From Deltaproteobacteria bacterium (GTDB lineage Bacteria > Desulfobacterota > Desulfobacteria > Desulfobacterales > JAFDMD01): a stretch of 64,000 nt of DNA. Under the pieces are notes generated by a model. The model ran no database searches. It saw only the letters and a program-made list of their open reading frames with translations, and was not told the origin of the DNA. Positions 27,301 through 37,983 of this stretch are shown piece by piece. The stretch's first letter is position 1; each line of letters opens with the position of its first letter. A program made the position numbers and the translations under genes. Location: positions 12,324 to 76,323 of the forward strand of contig JAFDMF010000013.1 of NCBI GenBank assembly GCA_019306065.1, read 5' to 3'.

Positions 27301-28471
27301 TAAATACTCTTTCGCCGTTAAATTGTTTGGTTACCGCCGCTTTTAGAGCGGCTTTTTTGTCTGCCTCTTTTACGGGCAGGTATAAAAAAGATGCTTTTTT
27401 CCCTTTTTCTATTGTTCCGTAGTATTTTTCTATTCCAAGGGCTTTTGCTCCGTTTATTGTAGCCATAGCAAGCAGGTTTTCGGCGGATATTGCCGAATAT
27501 TTTTTGGCGATAAAAGCGGTTTCGTCTAATATGTCCAGAGTGTCCACGCTTGCCAAACTGTCTGTCCCAAGGGATGCGTTTATGCCGAGTTGTGTTATTT
27601 TTTCTATATTCGGCAGCCTGCCGTGCAGGTTTTGATTACTACGCGGACATAAACAGATGTTTGCGCCGCTGTTTTTTATTATGCACAAGTCTTCTTCGGT
27701 TGCAAAGGTAAGATGGACAAGTATTGTACGCGGATTTAATATGTTCAGGTTGTAAAGATATTGAACCGGGCTTTTTGCAGGAATTCCCCAGTTTTTATAA
27801 TCTATTTTTCTTTCTGTAAGAAAATCCGCCCATTTTCCTTTTGCGGTTGTTATAAATTCTATTTCTTCGGCAGATTCTGCTGTATGAATCGAAAAGGGAA
27901 GAGAGGCTTTTTCGGTCTGTTTTTTTAATTGGGCAAGTAGAAGCGGAGATGTTGTATGCGGAGCATGCCCTGCATAAGAATAGTATTTGTTTTTTTGCGC
28001 TTCTGTTTTATCTATTTTGAAGTCCGAAAGGTTGTTTTTAAGTTTTTCTTCAAACCATACTCCTGCGAGAGGCGACTTTGTAAAGATTTGTTTTGTAATT
28101 TTTAATGTGGATACTTCAGCGCATGCGGCGCATCCTGTATTTAAAAGTCGTGTTGCTGTAGTTTTTGCAGCGTTTATAAGGTTTTTTTTATCTGTATTTT
28201 CTCTTTTTTCAAGCAGGGTTTTTACCCATTTTTTAAATCCGTAGTTATATGGTATTTTGTTTTTAAAGGCAGAAAGTTCAAGATGGGTATGGGTATTTAT
28301 CAAAGCCGGTATTATTATGCCGTCTCCGAGGTTTATTATTCGCGCTGTTTGGGGAAGGATGCGCGTCGAAATCTCTATAACGGCTCCGGCTTTGATGTTT
28401 ATGTATCTGTTTTCAAGTATGTTTTGCGGGCTTACGGCTATAAAGCGAGCTTTATATGCTGTTATGCTCAT
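27290..28471 (-). CDS. amidohydrolase-family deaminase (chlorohydrolase / aminodeoxyfutalosine-deaminase-like)
   Basis: INTHTHLE metal-binding motif and HLTFATEED. 393 aa. Confidence 0.7.
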   Translation of the reverse strand: MSITAYKARFIAVSPQNILENRYINIKAGAVIEISTRILPQTARIINLGDGIIIPALINTHTHLELSAFKNKIPYNYGFKKWVKTLLEKRENTDKKNLINAAKTTATRLLNTGCAACAEVSTLKITKQIFTKSPLAGVWFEEKLKNNLSDFKIDKTEAQKNKYYSYAGHAPHTTSPLLLAQLKKQTEKASLPFSIHTAESAEEIEFITTAKGKWADFLTERKIDYKNWGIPAKSPVQYLYNLNILNPRTILVHLTFATEEDLCIIKNSGANICLCPRSNQNLHGRLPNIEKITQLGINASLGTDSLASVDTLDILDETAFIAKKYSAISAENLLAMATINGAKALGIEKYYGTIEKGKKASFLYLPVKEADKKAALKAAVTKQFNGERVFINY

Positions 28472-28480
28472 TATGTTGTT

Positions 28481-29668
28481 TTAAGCCGCTTTTACGGCTT
28501 CGCCGATTTTTTTGCCGTATTCAAAAGCTTTGTTTTGCCCTTCTTCGTCCGGTATGTATAAAAGTCTTAATCCTTCGTCTATAGGTTTTATTCCGATTGT
28601 TTCAAGCTGTTGGTTTATCTGTTTTACAGCTTCTCCGCTCCAGCCGTAAGATCCGAAAGCCGCGCCTATTTTGTTTTGGGGTTTTAATCCTTTTATGTAG
28701 GTTAGAATGTCTGCAACTGTAGGAAACATGTTGTTGTTCATTGTAGGAGAGCCTACGACTACGGCTTTTGCATCGAAAAGTTCGGCTATTATGTCGCTTC
28801 TGTGCGTGTCTCTTAATTTTAGCGGTTTTACCGCAACTCCTGATTCTGCTATGCCTTCGGCTATTTTTTCTGCAATTATTTTTGTGCTTTTCCACATTGT
28901 ATCGTATATTATTACGGCTTTTTTTTCAGGTATTTGATCGCACCATTTTATATATGCTTCTATTATTTTTTCGGGATTTTTTCTCCATAACAGCCCATGA
29001 TCGGGACATATTGTTTTTATGTTCAGATTTAAACCGATTATATCAGATATTAGTTTTTTAATTTTCGGCGAGTACAATAATAGTATGTTTGCAAAATATT
29101 TTTTTGCATGCTCAAATATATCTTCTTCACTTTTATCCGCATATTTTTCAAAACCCGCATAATGCTGTCCGAAACCGTCGCTGGAAAATAGTATGCCGTC
29201 CTCTTTAATGTATGTAAACATGCTATCCGGCCAATGTATCATTCTTGTTTCCAAAAATATCAGGTTTTTTTTGCCTATGTTAAGCTCCCCGTAGTTTTCA
29301 ACCTCTTTAAAGTTCCAGTTTTGTTTAAAATGAAGATATAGATTTTTTTTGCCCATTTTAGAACAGTATAGCGGTTTGTCATTCCCTATTTTTATCATTA
29401 TGTGAGGCAGCGCGCCGGAATGATCCATTTCTGTATGGTTGCTTACAACTATGTCTATTTTTTTCGGATCTATTATTTCGGATATGTTATCTATAAATTT
29501 ACTTGTAAATTCTTTTTTGACAGTGTCTATTAAAACCGTTTTTTCATCTAATATTAAAAAAGCGTTATACGACGTTCCGTCAGGGACGGTGTATCCGTGA
29601 AAATCTCTTATGTTCCAATCTATTACTCCTACGCTATATACCTTGTCTGCTATTTGATACGGTTTCAT
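28481..29668 (-). CDS. fprA: FprA-type flavodiiron protein (rubredoxin:oxygen/NO oxidoreductase)
   Basis: Metallo-beta-lactamase-like HTEMDHSG motif plus a C-terminal flavodoxin domain (VVVGSPTMNN). Confidence 0.85.
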   Translation of the reverse strand: MKPYQIADKVYSVGVIDWNIRDFHGYTVPDGTSYNAFLILDEKTVLIDTVKKEFTSKFIDNISEIIDPKKIDIVVSNHTEMDHSGALPHIMIKIGNDKPLYCSKMGKKNLYLHFKQNWNFKEVENYGELNIGKKNLIFLETRMIHWPDSMFTYIKEDGILFSSDGFGQHYAGFEKYADKSEEDIFEHAKKYFANILLLYSPKIKKLISDIIGLNLNIKTICPDHGLLWRKNPEKIIEAYIKWCDQIPEKKAVIIYDTMWKSTKIIAEKIAEGIAESGVAVKPLKLRDTHRSDIIAELFDAKAVVVGSPTMNNNMFPTVADILTYIKGLKPQNKIGAAFGSYGWSGEAVKQINQQLETIGIKPIDEGLRLLYIPDEEGQNKAFEYGKKIGEAVKAA

Positions 29669-29910
29669 TTTTATCCTTTCTTCCGGTTGATATTCAGATT
29701 TTAATATTTTGTCTCTACAGGACTTTTAAATTAGCCTAATATTCCAAATTCTGTCAGGGACTAAATATTTATAGAAAAAATTCTTCATTCCGTTAAATAC
29801 GAAATATCGTAATAATCATTCTTTTTTGTGTCTATAATATAATCATGAACGTTTCCTCTGTTTATATTCAGATTAGATAGCAAATTTGTTGGTTTTTACA
29901 GCTTACAAAA

Positions 29911-29953
29911 ATTTCAATCCTCGGCTTATTAAAAATAAGCCGAGGATTGAAAT
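29911..29953 (-). terminator. Rho-independent terminator after secF
   Basis: 19-bp stem tttcaatcctcggcttatt/aataagccgaggattgaaa, followed by TTTTT on the minus strand. Confidence 0.65.
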
Positions 29954-29988
29954 TAAAATATGATGCCGAAAATAGACAAAGGACGAAG

Positions 29989-31023
29989 TTATGCAACACT
30001 CTTTTTGCCATACATAATTAGTATGGGACTCGCCACAAATATTGAAGAATATGTTCCTACTAACACTCCGATAATCATAGCAAAAGCAAAATCGTGAATA
30101 ATTCCTCCGCCAAATATAAACAAGGAGGTTAAAACAAGCAGGGTCGTAAAAGATGTAAGAATCGTTCTGCTTAATGTTTCGTTAACGCTTTTGTTAATTA
30201 TATTTTCAAAGCTTTCTTTATGATTTTTTTTTAAATTTTCTCTTATTCGGTCAAATACTATTATGGTATCGTTAAGAGAATATCCTATTATTGTAAGAAG
30301 CGCGGCAATAATAGGAAGGGTAAAATCTTTATCTAATATCGAAAATATGCCTACGGTTATAATAACATCGTGTATTAACGCGGCTACAGCTCCCATCGCA
30401 TATTTTAAGCGCAGCAGCCAAAATAGCGTTAAGCTAATGATAAATGCGGCAAGTATAAGAATCGGTATGCCTGTTTTAAAAAGGGATAATCCGTAAACCG
30501 CCCCCATCAAAGCGCCGGCTACAACTCCGCTTAATATCCATTTCAATTCAAATCTACCGGAAATATATACTGTAATAAACAAAATCACAAAAAATATCGC
30601 AAAAAGCGCTTTTTCTCTTAATTCTTTTCCTATCTGAGGACCTACCGCCTCTACCCGCCTTATTTCGGCTTTATTATCGGAAAAGGTTTTTAAAGCATTC
30701 TGAAAATTTGTTCCGAATTCTTCATCTGTTATTTCAGTATTTGCTCTTATTAAAAATTCTTTATCTTTTTTATCTCCGAATTCCTGCACAGAAGATTTAT
30801 CAAAATTTATAGCCTCAAAGACATCATTTATCTCTTGTAGGGTTATGCTTTTTTCAAACTTTATTTGTATGACTGTTCCGCCCGCAAAATCGATTCCCAG
30901 TCTAGGTCCTCCCTTGATAATTAAAGAGGCTATGCCTAATAGTATCATTATACAAGAAACCGCAAAGCCTATTTTTCTTTTTGCTATAAATCCAATATTT
31001 ATATCAGGCTTTATAAACCGCAT
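29989..31023 (-). CDS. secF: protein translocase subunit SecF
   Basis: Multi-pass membrane protein with GIDFAGGT and the conserved SecF C-terminal half. Confidence 0.9.
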   Translation of the reverse strand: MRFIKPDINIGFIAKRKIGFAVSCIMILLGIASLIIKGGPRLGIDFAGGTVIQIKFEKSITLQEINDVFEAINFDKSSVQEFGDKKDKEFLIRANTEITDEEFGTNFQNALKTFSDNKAEIRRVEAVGPQIGKELREKALFAIFFVILFITVYISGRFELKWILSGVVAGALMGAVYGLSLFKTGIPILILAAFIISLTLFWLLRLKYAMGAVAALIHDVIITVGIFSILDKDFTLPIIAALLTIIGYSLNDTIIVFDRIRENLKKNHKESFENIINKSVNETLSRTILTSFTTLLVLTSLFIFGGGIIHDFAFAMIIGVLVGTYSSIFVASPILIMYGKKSVA

Positions 31024-31118
31024 TTACTGTTCCCTTCCTTTTTTTAGTATTTTTTATTTTATAAAGCGGATAAAAAATCCGCTTTATAAACCATCATAAG
31101 ATACTGCAAAAAGTTTGA

Positions 31119-32702
31119 CTATCCTATGCTGAATTTTTTTACTTTAAATTTTACAAACATATAATCGAATACAAGTCTAGAAAAAATAAGAGCGGTAAAC
31201 ATACTTGATAAAACTCCCAAACTTAAAGTAACCGCAAACCCTTTAACAGGGCCTGTTCCAAATTGAAATAACACTAACGCCGCAATAAGCGTTGTAATAT
31301 TTGCATCTAAAATAGTAAGCGCGGATCTGTCAAACCCTGCTTTTAAAGCCGCGCTCGGAGGTTTGCCTATTCCAATCTCTTCTCTTATTCTTTCATAAAT
31401 TATTACGTTGGCATCCACCGCCATACCTATTGTAAGTATGATTCCGGCTATGCCCGGCAATGTTAAGGTAGCTTCAAAAGCCGCAAGTCCGGCGGCTATT
31501 AAAAGCATATTGAACATAAGAACAACATCGGCAACCAAACCTGCAACTCCGTAATATACAAACATAAAAACTATTACTATTAATCCGCCTATATATATGG
31601 ATAAAAGCCCCTGTTTAACCGAATCCGAACCCAAAGAAGGCCCTACTGTTCTTTCTTCTATTATTTTAACCGGAGCGGGAAGCGCTCCGGCTCTAAGGGC
31701 TATAGCAAGATCGTGGGCGCCTTCTGTAGTAAAAGAACCTGTAATTCTTGCGGCACCGCCGCTTATTTTTTCCTGAATTACGGGCGCAGAATAGATTTTA
31801 TTATCCAATACTATTGCAAGACGTTTTCCAACATTCGCTTCGGTTATTTTGGCAAATATTTCTCCGCCTTTTCTATCAAAATCTATAGAAACGTAAGGTT
31901 CGTTATATTGAGAATCTATTTGAACCTTTGCGTCCGTAAGATACGCGCCTGTAAGAAGCGTTCTTTTTTTAACAAGATACGGAGTTTTAATAATTCTGTT
32001 GGTATCCGGATTTTCTTCTATCTGATATAACACTTCCGAATTCGGAGGTATATTTCCGGTTAATGCGGAAGTTATATCGGCTGTTTCGTTAAGAAGTTTA
32101 AACTCCAAAAGCGCGGTTTTGCCTATAAGCTTTTTTGCTCGTTTGGTATCTTTTACTCCAGGCAGCTGGATTAAAATATTTTTTTTGCCCTGCATGCGTA
32201 TATCAGGCTCGCTGACTCCGAATTGATCTATTCTGTTGCGTATTGTCTCTAATACCTGACGAACCGCCATACTTTTTATATATTGAGCCTCTTTTTCCGG
32301 AAAATCTATATCAAGATAAATAAATCCGTTTTCGGTTTTTTTATCAAGCAGCCTCATGTTTCTATAATTGTTATCTAAAAGCTCCTGAAGCTTTTTAAAA
32401 TGCTCACCCTCTTCTTTCATTTTAAAAGATATTTTTTTATTATCCGTTATACTGATATTTGCAGGATATATTTTTTCGGCTCTAATATCGTCTCTTATTT
32501 GATTATATATATTTTCTAATGCGCTTTCCAAACTTTTATCTGTATCTACTGACAGAATAAGATGCATTCCGCCTTGCAGATCAAGCCCCAAATTAATCTT
32601 TTTATAAGGCCATAAGCCGTTTTTAAAGGTAGGAATTACATATAACAAAGCTGCCAAAAAAACAGCGGAAACAAGAACGGTTCTTGATAAAAGTCTATTC
32701 AA
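31119..32702 (-). CDS. secD: protein translocase subunit SecD
   Basis: Has LGLDLQGG and the SecD periplasmic domain. Sits next to secF and yajC. Confidence 0.9.
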   Translation of the reverse strand: MNRLLSRTVLVSAVFLAALLYVIPTFKNGLWPYKKINLGLDLQGGMHLILSVDTDKSLESALENIYNQIRDDIRAEKIYPANISITDNKKISFKMKEEGEHFKKLQELLDNNYRNMRLLDKKTENGFIYLDIDFPEKEAQYIKSMAVRQVLETIRNRIDQFGVSEPDIRMQGKKNILIQLPGVKDTKRAKKLIGKTALLEFKLLNETADITSALTGNIPPNSEVLYQIEENPDTNRIIKTPYLVKKRTLLTGAYLTDAKVQIDSQYNEPYVSIDFDRKGGEIFAKITEANVGKRLAIVLDNKIYSAPVIQEKISGGAARITGSFTTEGAHDLAIALRAGALPAPVKIIEERTVGPSLGSDSVKQGLLSIYIGGLIVIVFMFVYYGVAGLVADVVLMFNMLLIAAGLAAFEATLTLPGIAGIILTIGMAVDANVIIYERIREEIGIGKPPSAALKAGFDRSALTILDANITTLIAALVLFQFGTGPVKGFAVTLSLGVLSSMFTALIFSRLVFDYMFVKFKVKKFSIG

Positions 32703-32714
32703 TCTACGATACCT

Positions 32715-33077
32715 CTATTCTTTCTTCTTTTTATCCTTATGCGGCAAAGCACTATCATTTCCGCCTATCAAAGCCGCGATGCTGCCTCTGTTTATCTTTA
32801 TATTTACCTCTTTGGAAATTTCTACCGTAGCAAAAGACTCGTCTATTGCCATAATTTCGCCGTAAATTCCGCCGCCTGTTATAATCTTATCCCCTACTCT
32901 AAGTCCTGCTATCATACTTTTATGCTCTTTTGCCTTTTTTTGTTGCGGTCTTATTAAAAGAAAATAAAAAACCACAAACATAAGTATAAGCGGTATAAAA
33001 GCCGTAAATCCGCCGCCGGATCCGGATGCGGCGCCTCCTCCAGCCTGTCCCATTGCATAAGCCGTATCTATAAACAA
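32715..33077 (-). CDS. yajC: preprotein translocase subunit YajC
   Basis: LLIRPQQKKAKEH motif. Has a Gly-rich N-terminal extension. Confidence 0.85.
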   Translation of the reverse strand: MFIDTAYAMGQAGGGAASGSGGGFTAFIPLILMFVVFYFLLIRPQQKKAKEHKSMIAGLRVGDKIITGGGIYGEIMAIDESFATVEISKEVNIKINRGSIAALIGGNDSALPHKDKKKKE

Positions 33078-33200
33078 AATTTACCTCCCTAAAAATTTCT
33101 CTGTTTCGATTTATACGATTATCAGGCTATATTCTTACCCTACAACCGATTTTTAAAAAAAATATTCTGATACTCTATTTATATTTAAGTGTCAAATTGT

Positions 33201-34721
33201 TTAAAACCCGCTGTCCGACTTCGTCCTTTGTTCCTCCTTTAAATTATTCAATTCTTCATAAACTATTTTAAAATCCGAGCAATTCATCGTATCATCGCAT
33301 TCGATATTAATTGATATATTTCTTATATCCTCTAACTCAATAATCTCTTTTCTTTTTTTATTAAGCAGATACAGCGCCGTTTCTTTTGGAAGAATACATT
33401 TTACAACTCCGCTTTGCTTTTTAAGGGTATCTAAATTAAGCCTTCTTAAAAAACTTAATCCCAACGTCTCTTTTGAAGGAACAAGCCCTTTGCCGTTGCA
33501 GCGTCTGCATGTTACAAGACTACCAAATTCAATTGAAGGTCTTATTCTTTGTCTGGACATCTCCATTAATCCGAACATAGAGATATTTCCGACTTTTGTT
33601 TTTGCTTTATCCTTTTTAAGATGCTTTCTTATCTCTTTTTCTACTGCGGATTTATTGCTTTTTTCTCTCATGTCTATAAAATCTATTACTATCAATCCGC
33701 CCAAATCTCTTATTCTAATCTGTTTTGCTATCTCTTCTGCAGCTTCTAAATTTGTCTGCGCTGCTGTCCCTTCAACCGTATATTTCCGAATCGCTTTGCC
33801 TGAGTTTACGTCAATAGCCACTAAAGCTTCGGTCTGAGCAATTACGATTGAACCGCCGGATTTTAATTTTACGCGGCTTCTGTAAATGGAAGCTATCTGG
33901 TCTTCAAGCTGGTATTTGGTAAATATAGGTTTTAATCCTGTATATAACTTTACTATTTTATTATGATTAGGAGAGATAAGATTAATAAAACCTTTGATTT
34001 CTTCAAAAATAATAGAATCGTCTATAAGTATTTCCGAAACGTCATCCGTAAAGGAATCCCGTATAACTCTTAAAGCAATATTGCTCTCTTCGTAAAGAAG
34101 ACATGGAGCGTTATTTTTTTTTATTCCGGCTTTAATGTCGCGCCAAATACGCATAAGATAACGAATATCTTTTTCTATCTTTGTTTTGGTGTAATTTATG
34201 GCGGCGGTTCTTATAATTGCTCCGATATCTTTAGGAAGTTTTATATTCTTTACAATATCTTTTAAACGTTTCCGCTCCTTTTCATCTTCGATTTTACGGG
34301 ATATGGAACAATTATTGCTGCCTGGCATAATAACTACATAACGCCCGGCAAGGCTTATAAAGGTAGTAAGAGCCGCTCCTTTTTTCATAATTCTATCTTT
34401 TACTATCTGAACTATAACATCCTGCCCCGGTTTTAAAAGCTTTTCAATCGTTTTTTTTCCGGCATCTACATCCGCAAAATAATCTTTATGAATCTCGTCC
34501 ATCTGCAAAAAGCCGTGTCTTGCGCCTCCGTATTCTACAAACGCCGCCTGAAGCCCCGGCTCTATTCTTACTATAGTCCCTTTATATATATTACCCTGCG
34601 TTATTTTTTTTGCGGTGGTCTCTATATTAAACTCTTCCAATAATCTGTCCGCAATCTTTGCAACTCTGCATTCTTCCGGATCAATGGCATTTATTAAAAT
34701 TTTTGTATCCATATTAGGCAT
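33201..34721 (-). CDS. rng: ribonuclease E/G family protein
   Basis: S1 domain (GNIYKGTIVRIEPGLQAAFVEYG) and IVIDFIDM catalytic-core motifs. Confidence 0.85.
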   Translation of the reverse strand: MPNMDTKILINAIDPEECRVAKIADRLLEEFNIETTAKKITQGNIYKGTIVRIEPGLQAAFVEYGGARHGFLQMDEIHKDYFADVDAGKKTIEKLLKPGQDVIVQIVKDRIMKKGAALTTFISLAGRYVVIMPGSNNCSISRKIEDEKERKRLKDIVKNIKLPKDIGAIIRTAAINYTKTKIEKDIRYLMRIWRDIKAGIKKNNAPCLLYEESNIALRVIRDSFTDDVSEILIDDSIIFEEIKGFINLISPNHNKIVKLYTGLKPIFTKYQLEDQIASIYRSRVKLKSGGSIVIAQTEALVAIDVNSGKAIRKYTVEGTAAQTNLEAAEEIAKQIRIRDLGGLIVIDFIDMREKSNKSAVEKEIRKHLKKDKAKTKVGNISMFGLMEMSRQRIRPSIEFGSLVTCRRCNGKGLVPSKETLGLSFLRRLNLDTLKKQSGVVKCILPKETALYLLNKKRKEIIELEDIRNISINIECDDTMNCSDFKIVYEELNNLKEEQRTKSDSGF

Positions 34722-34948
34722 ATTTCCTATTCATACAATATAATCCTCCCTTTTCATAAATCTTATATTAATTTCAGTAAAAAAGTTGCTTATAGTCATT
34801 TTTTTGTATCTTAATTTTATTTGCGAGAGTTTTGCAATCTGAAATTTACAATTATTTTAACAAAAAATATAAGTCAATTTCTTGCAACTTAAAACAAAAA
34901 AGAATCAAAAAACATTTTTGTAAACGTCAATACTCTATAATCTTTAAC

Positions 34949-34976
34949 TTGACAATATATTAAAAATTCATATAAA
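34949..34976 (+). promoter_or_regulatory. candidate sigma70 promoter (TTGACA-16 nt-TATAAA) upstream of tRNA-Leu
   Basis: Motif read in the sequence, about 110 nt upstream of the tRNA. Confidence 0.3.
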
Positions 34977-35085
34977 GATATACCTTAAATATTAAACTTT
35001 GCTATTGTTAGATTTAGCTTTTTCTCCTTTTTATCTCTTATCTCGGGACGCAAGCCGAGTTAACCCGCTTGCGTCAAAAATTTTA

Positions 35086-35172
35086 GCCGAAGTGGCGGAA
35101 CTGGTAGACGCGCTAGGTTCAGGGTCTAGTCGGAGTATTTCGGTGGGAGTTCGAGTCTCCCCTTCGGCACCA
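35086..35172 (+). tRNA. tRNA-Leu (anticodon CAG), class II with long variable arm, encoded CCA
   Basis: Acceptor gccgaag/cttcggc, anticodon loop ttCAGgg, T-loop ttcgagt. Confidence 0.9.
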
Positions 35173-35258
35173 GCTTTAAAATAAAAGACTTGTATATTTT
35201 TTGATATGATTATTAAGATAAGAAATAAAAAGACTCTTAAAAATTTATATTAATATTT

Positions 35259-35564
35259 TTAATAATTATCCTGTTTTTTAATAATCTTTTTAAAAGTTTT
35301 TATAATGTGTTGTAATGCCAAACCAATACTAACTATACCTGCAATACTTAAATGAATTCGCCATGCTTCAGGCAGGTTAATCGGGTCGCCTTCTAAAGCC
35401 GCTTTAATAAGTTCATATCCGGCAAAAGATCCGTAAAAAGCTAATGCAATAATTACATTGTGAATCGGTTTAATACTCTTTTGTATTGTAATCTCAATTA
35501 GTAAAAAAATAGATACGCCGACCAAAGCAAAGATAATAGCGCATGCCGTAGAATCAAAGGACAT
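35259..35564 (-). CDS. small integral membrane protein (3 predicted TM helices)
   Basis: Hydrophobic segments. Start overlaps the upstream gene stop (TAATG). Confidence 0.5.
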   Translation of the reverse strand: MSFDSTACAIIFALVGVSIFLLIEITIQKSIKPIHNVIIALAFYGSFAGYELIKAALEGDPINLPEAWRIHLSIAGIVSIGLALQHIIKTFKKIIKKQDNY

Positions 35565-35815
35565 TACCCGACTCCCTTAGCTTCGTTTCCTATAAACCCG
35601 CCGAGAATACCGCCGATTATAGCTCCTACGGGACCGCCAATAGAAGCCCCCAGAGCCGCGCCCCCTATTAATCCTACAGCCGCGCTTGTAGAACCGTCCG
35701 ATTCTGAATTTCGGGAGGTAAGAGGCGCTTTACAAGAATTGCAAACAACCTCGTTTAAATTCTTATCTTGCGGAATATCATTAACAGCGCCGCATTTTAA
35801 ACATTTATATGTCAT
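35564..35815 (-). CDS. zinc-ribbon + glycine-zipper small protein
   Basis: CLKCG...CNSCK N-terminus. C-terminal GLIGGAALGASIGGPVGAIIGGILGGFIG. Confidence 0.55.
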   Translation of the reverse strand: MTYKCLKCGAVNDIPQDKNLNEVVCNSCKAPLTSRNSESDGSTSAAVGLIGGAALGASIGGPVGAIIGGILGGFIGNEAKGVG

Positions 35816-36221
35816 TTTTTTACCTCGTTTTTGTTATAATATAGCCTTAACTAAAATTATAGTTAAATAAATAACATAAAAAAAGATTTAAAAAAAGACT
35901 TTAATCTCTCTTAAAGCAAAAATACAAAAAAATCAATTTAAAACAATGAGTTATTTGCTTGTTAAAAAGTTTTCAATATATTATATTCATACCCTCAATT
36001 AGCAAGTATTGTTTAAAAATAAAAAAAATGAGATTGACAAATTTATTATATATCCAGCGTTATCCTTTTTAGAAAACGCCATAATATAAGAGAAAAAAAT
36101 GACACCTGTAAAGTATGCCAAGAAGGAAAATTGCTAAAACGGGAAGAGCGCTTTCTCCCCTTATAAAACCCGCAATATTTTATCTGTAAAGAATAAATAA
36201 CGCAATATAATCGAAACTCGG

Positions 36222-36250
36222 TTGACTAAATAGTAAGCCTGTGTTATATT
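36222..36250 (+). promoter_or_regulatory. candidate sigma70 promoter (TTGACT-17 nt-TATATT) for the atp genes
   Basis: Motif read in the sequence, 28 nt upstream of the atpZ start. Confidence 0.4.
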
Positions 36251-36277
36251 GCCGTTAGAATTAAAAGGTCTGTATAT

Positions 36278-36499
36278 ATGAAAAAAGAAACGCTTCGGAC
36301 AATGAAAGAATTGGGTTATTACAGTAGCCTCGGGTTATCCGTTGCGCTTGCTATTTTTATAGGATTGGGAGTAGGAGTTTACCTTGACAGATATGTTTTT
36401 AATACGGCTCCTATATTAACTTTTATTTTTTTAGGACTTGGAATAGCGGCGGGTTTCAGAAATATATGGCTCGCTATGAAAAAATTAAAAAATCAATAG
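36278..36499 (+). CDS. atpZ: AtpZ/AtpI-family small membrane protein
   Basis: Two TM helices and GFRNIW. Sits at the head of the atp genes. Confidence 0.7.
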   Translation: MKKETLRTMKELGYYSSLGLSVALAIFIGLGVGVYLDRYVFNTAPILTFIFLGLGIAAGFRNIWLAMKKLKNQ

Positions 36500-36512
36500 C
36501 ATATAATCAATT

Positions 36513-36899
36513 ATGAACATTTCGGAACGCCTTTTAAAATTCGTTACAAGATCAAACTGGTTTCTGTTTGTTATAGCGGTTCTTTTTGGTTTTGCAATTA
36601 TGCCTTCCGGCTTTGCCCGCGGCATTCTTTTTGGCGGACTGATTGTAACGATAAATTTTCATCTGCTTTACAAAACCTTAAAAAAAGCGTTTACTCCCCC
36701 TAATATTTCAAATCATAGATTAGTTTTGTTTAAATACTATGTCCGATTTACAATAAGCGGTATTATTATATTTTTTCTTATTTCAACAAAATATGTAGAT
36801 CCGCTGGGTCTTATTGCCGGTTTATCGGTGGTTGTGGCAAGTATAATGCTTGCGGTATTATGCGAGCTTAAAAAAATTATTTTCAAGGAGGCAACGTAA
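36513..36899 (+). CDS. atpI: ATP synthase subunit I-like membrane protein
   Basis: Four TM helices, positioned before atpB. Confidence 0.55.
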   Translation: MNISERLLKFVTRSNWFLFVIAVLFGFAIMPSGFARGILFGGLIVTINFHLLYKTLKKAFTPPNISNHRLVLFKYYVRFTISGIIIFFLISTKYVDPLGLIAGLSVVVASIMLAVLCELKKIIFKEAT

Positions 36900-36900
36900 G

Positions 36901-37590
36901 GTGGTACATCCATATCTTTTTTTAGTAAAACTGTTTGAATTGTTTGGTCTCGGAGATTTTGCCAGTAATTATCCTCATGTGGTTTATATGTGGATAGTTA
37001 TGATTCTTCTTATAGTATTCGGGATAATAGCTACTAAAAGTATCAACATTGTTCCTGGAAAAGCGCAAAACCTGTTTGAAATACTAATATCCGGAATTGA
37101 AGAATTTATGGTCGGCGTAACAGGAGAGGAAGGTAGATGGCTTTTTCCATTAGCCGGAACGGTATTTATCTTTATTTTTATAAGTAACCTTATAGGACTT
37201 GTGCCAGGTTTCTTTCCTCCTACGGCAAGCATTAACACTACGCTTGCATGCGCTTTAACGGTTGTAGTATTTACTCATGTTCTGGGCGTTAAATATCATG
37301 GAGCAAAATATATCAAACATTTTTTAGGACCTGTCTGGTGGATGGTTCCTATTATTTTTCCGATTGAAATAATAGGACATCTTGCAAGAATTTTATCTCT
37401 TACGTTCCGTCTTTTCGGAAACATGATGGGACACGAGCTTGTTCTCGGTATTCTTTTCGGACTTGCGGGTCTGTTTTTCGCTCCTCTGCCAATTATGGCT
37501 TTGGGTATTTTTGTAGCGCTGGTACAGGCTTTTGTTTTCTTTTTGCTCTCTATTATGTATTTTACAAGCGCTATGGAGCATGCGCATTAA
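36901..37590 (+). CDS. atpB: F0F1 ATP synthase subunit a
   Basis: LSLTFRLFGNM motif with the essential Arg. GTG 36901 follows SD aaggagg. The track start at 36850 overlaps atpI. Confidence 0.85.
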   Translation: MVHPYLFLVKLFELFGLGDFASNYPHVVYMWIVMILLIVFGIIATKSINIVPGKAQNLFEILISGIEEFMVGVTGEEGRWLFPLAGTVFIFIFISNLIGLVPGFFPPTASINTTLACALTVVVFTHVLGVKYHGAKYIKHFLGPVWWMVPIIFPIEIIGHLARILSLTFRLFGNMMGHELVLGILFGLAGLFFAPLPIMALGIFVALVQAFVFFLLSIMYFTSAMEHAH

Positions 37591-37676
37591 TTTGTTGTTT
37601 ATAACTCTCTTATGGGGTTTTATTGGAAATAGGAAGAAGTGATTTTTAATTTTATTTATTTAAGGAGGATTATTTA

Positions 37677-37961
37677 ATGGAAGCAGATGCATTGAAATTT
37701 TTTATTGCTTGCGTAACTGCGGCAGGTTTATGTATTGCAGTAGCGGCTTTTGGCTGCGGTATTGCTCAGGGATTAGGCCTTAAATCGGCGGTTGAAGGTA
37801 TTGCCAGAAACCCGGAATCTTCCGGCAAAGTAACCGTTACCCTACTTATCGGTCTTGCTATGATTGAGTCTTTGTGTATTTATGCTTTGGTAGTCTCATT
37901 AATACTCATTTATGCTCATCCGCAGGCTGCGGCAATCGCCAGCCTGCTCGGCGCTCATTAA
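37677..37961 (+). CDS. atpE: F0F1 ATP synthase subunit c
   Basis: Two-helix proteolipid with ARNPE loop and LAMIESL carboxylate. Confidence 0.9.
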   Translation: MEADALKFFIACVTAAGLCIAVAAFGCGIAQGLGLKSAVEGIARNPESSGKVTVTLLIGLAMIESLCIYALVVSLILIYAHPQAAAIASLLGAH

Positions 37962-37983
37962 TAAGCTGCCGATAAAGCAAAAT

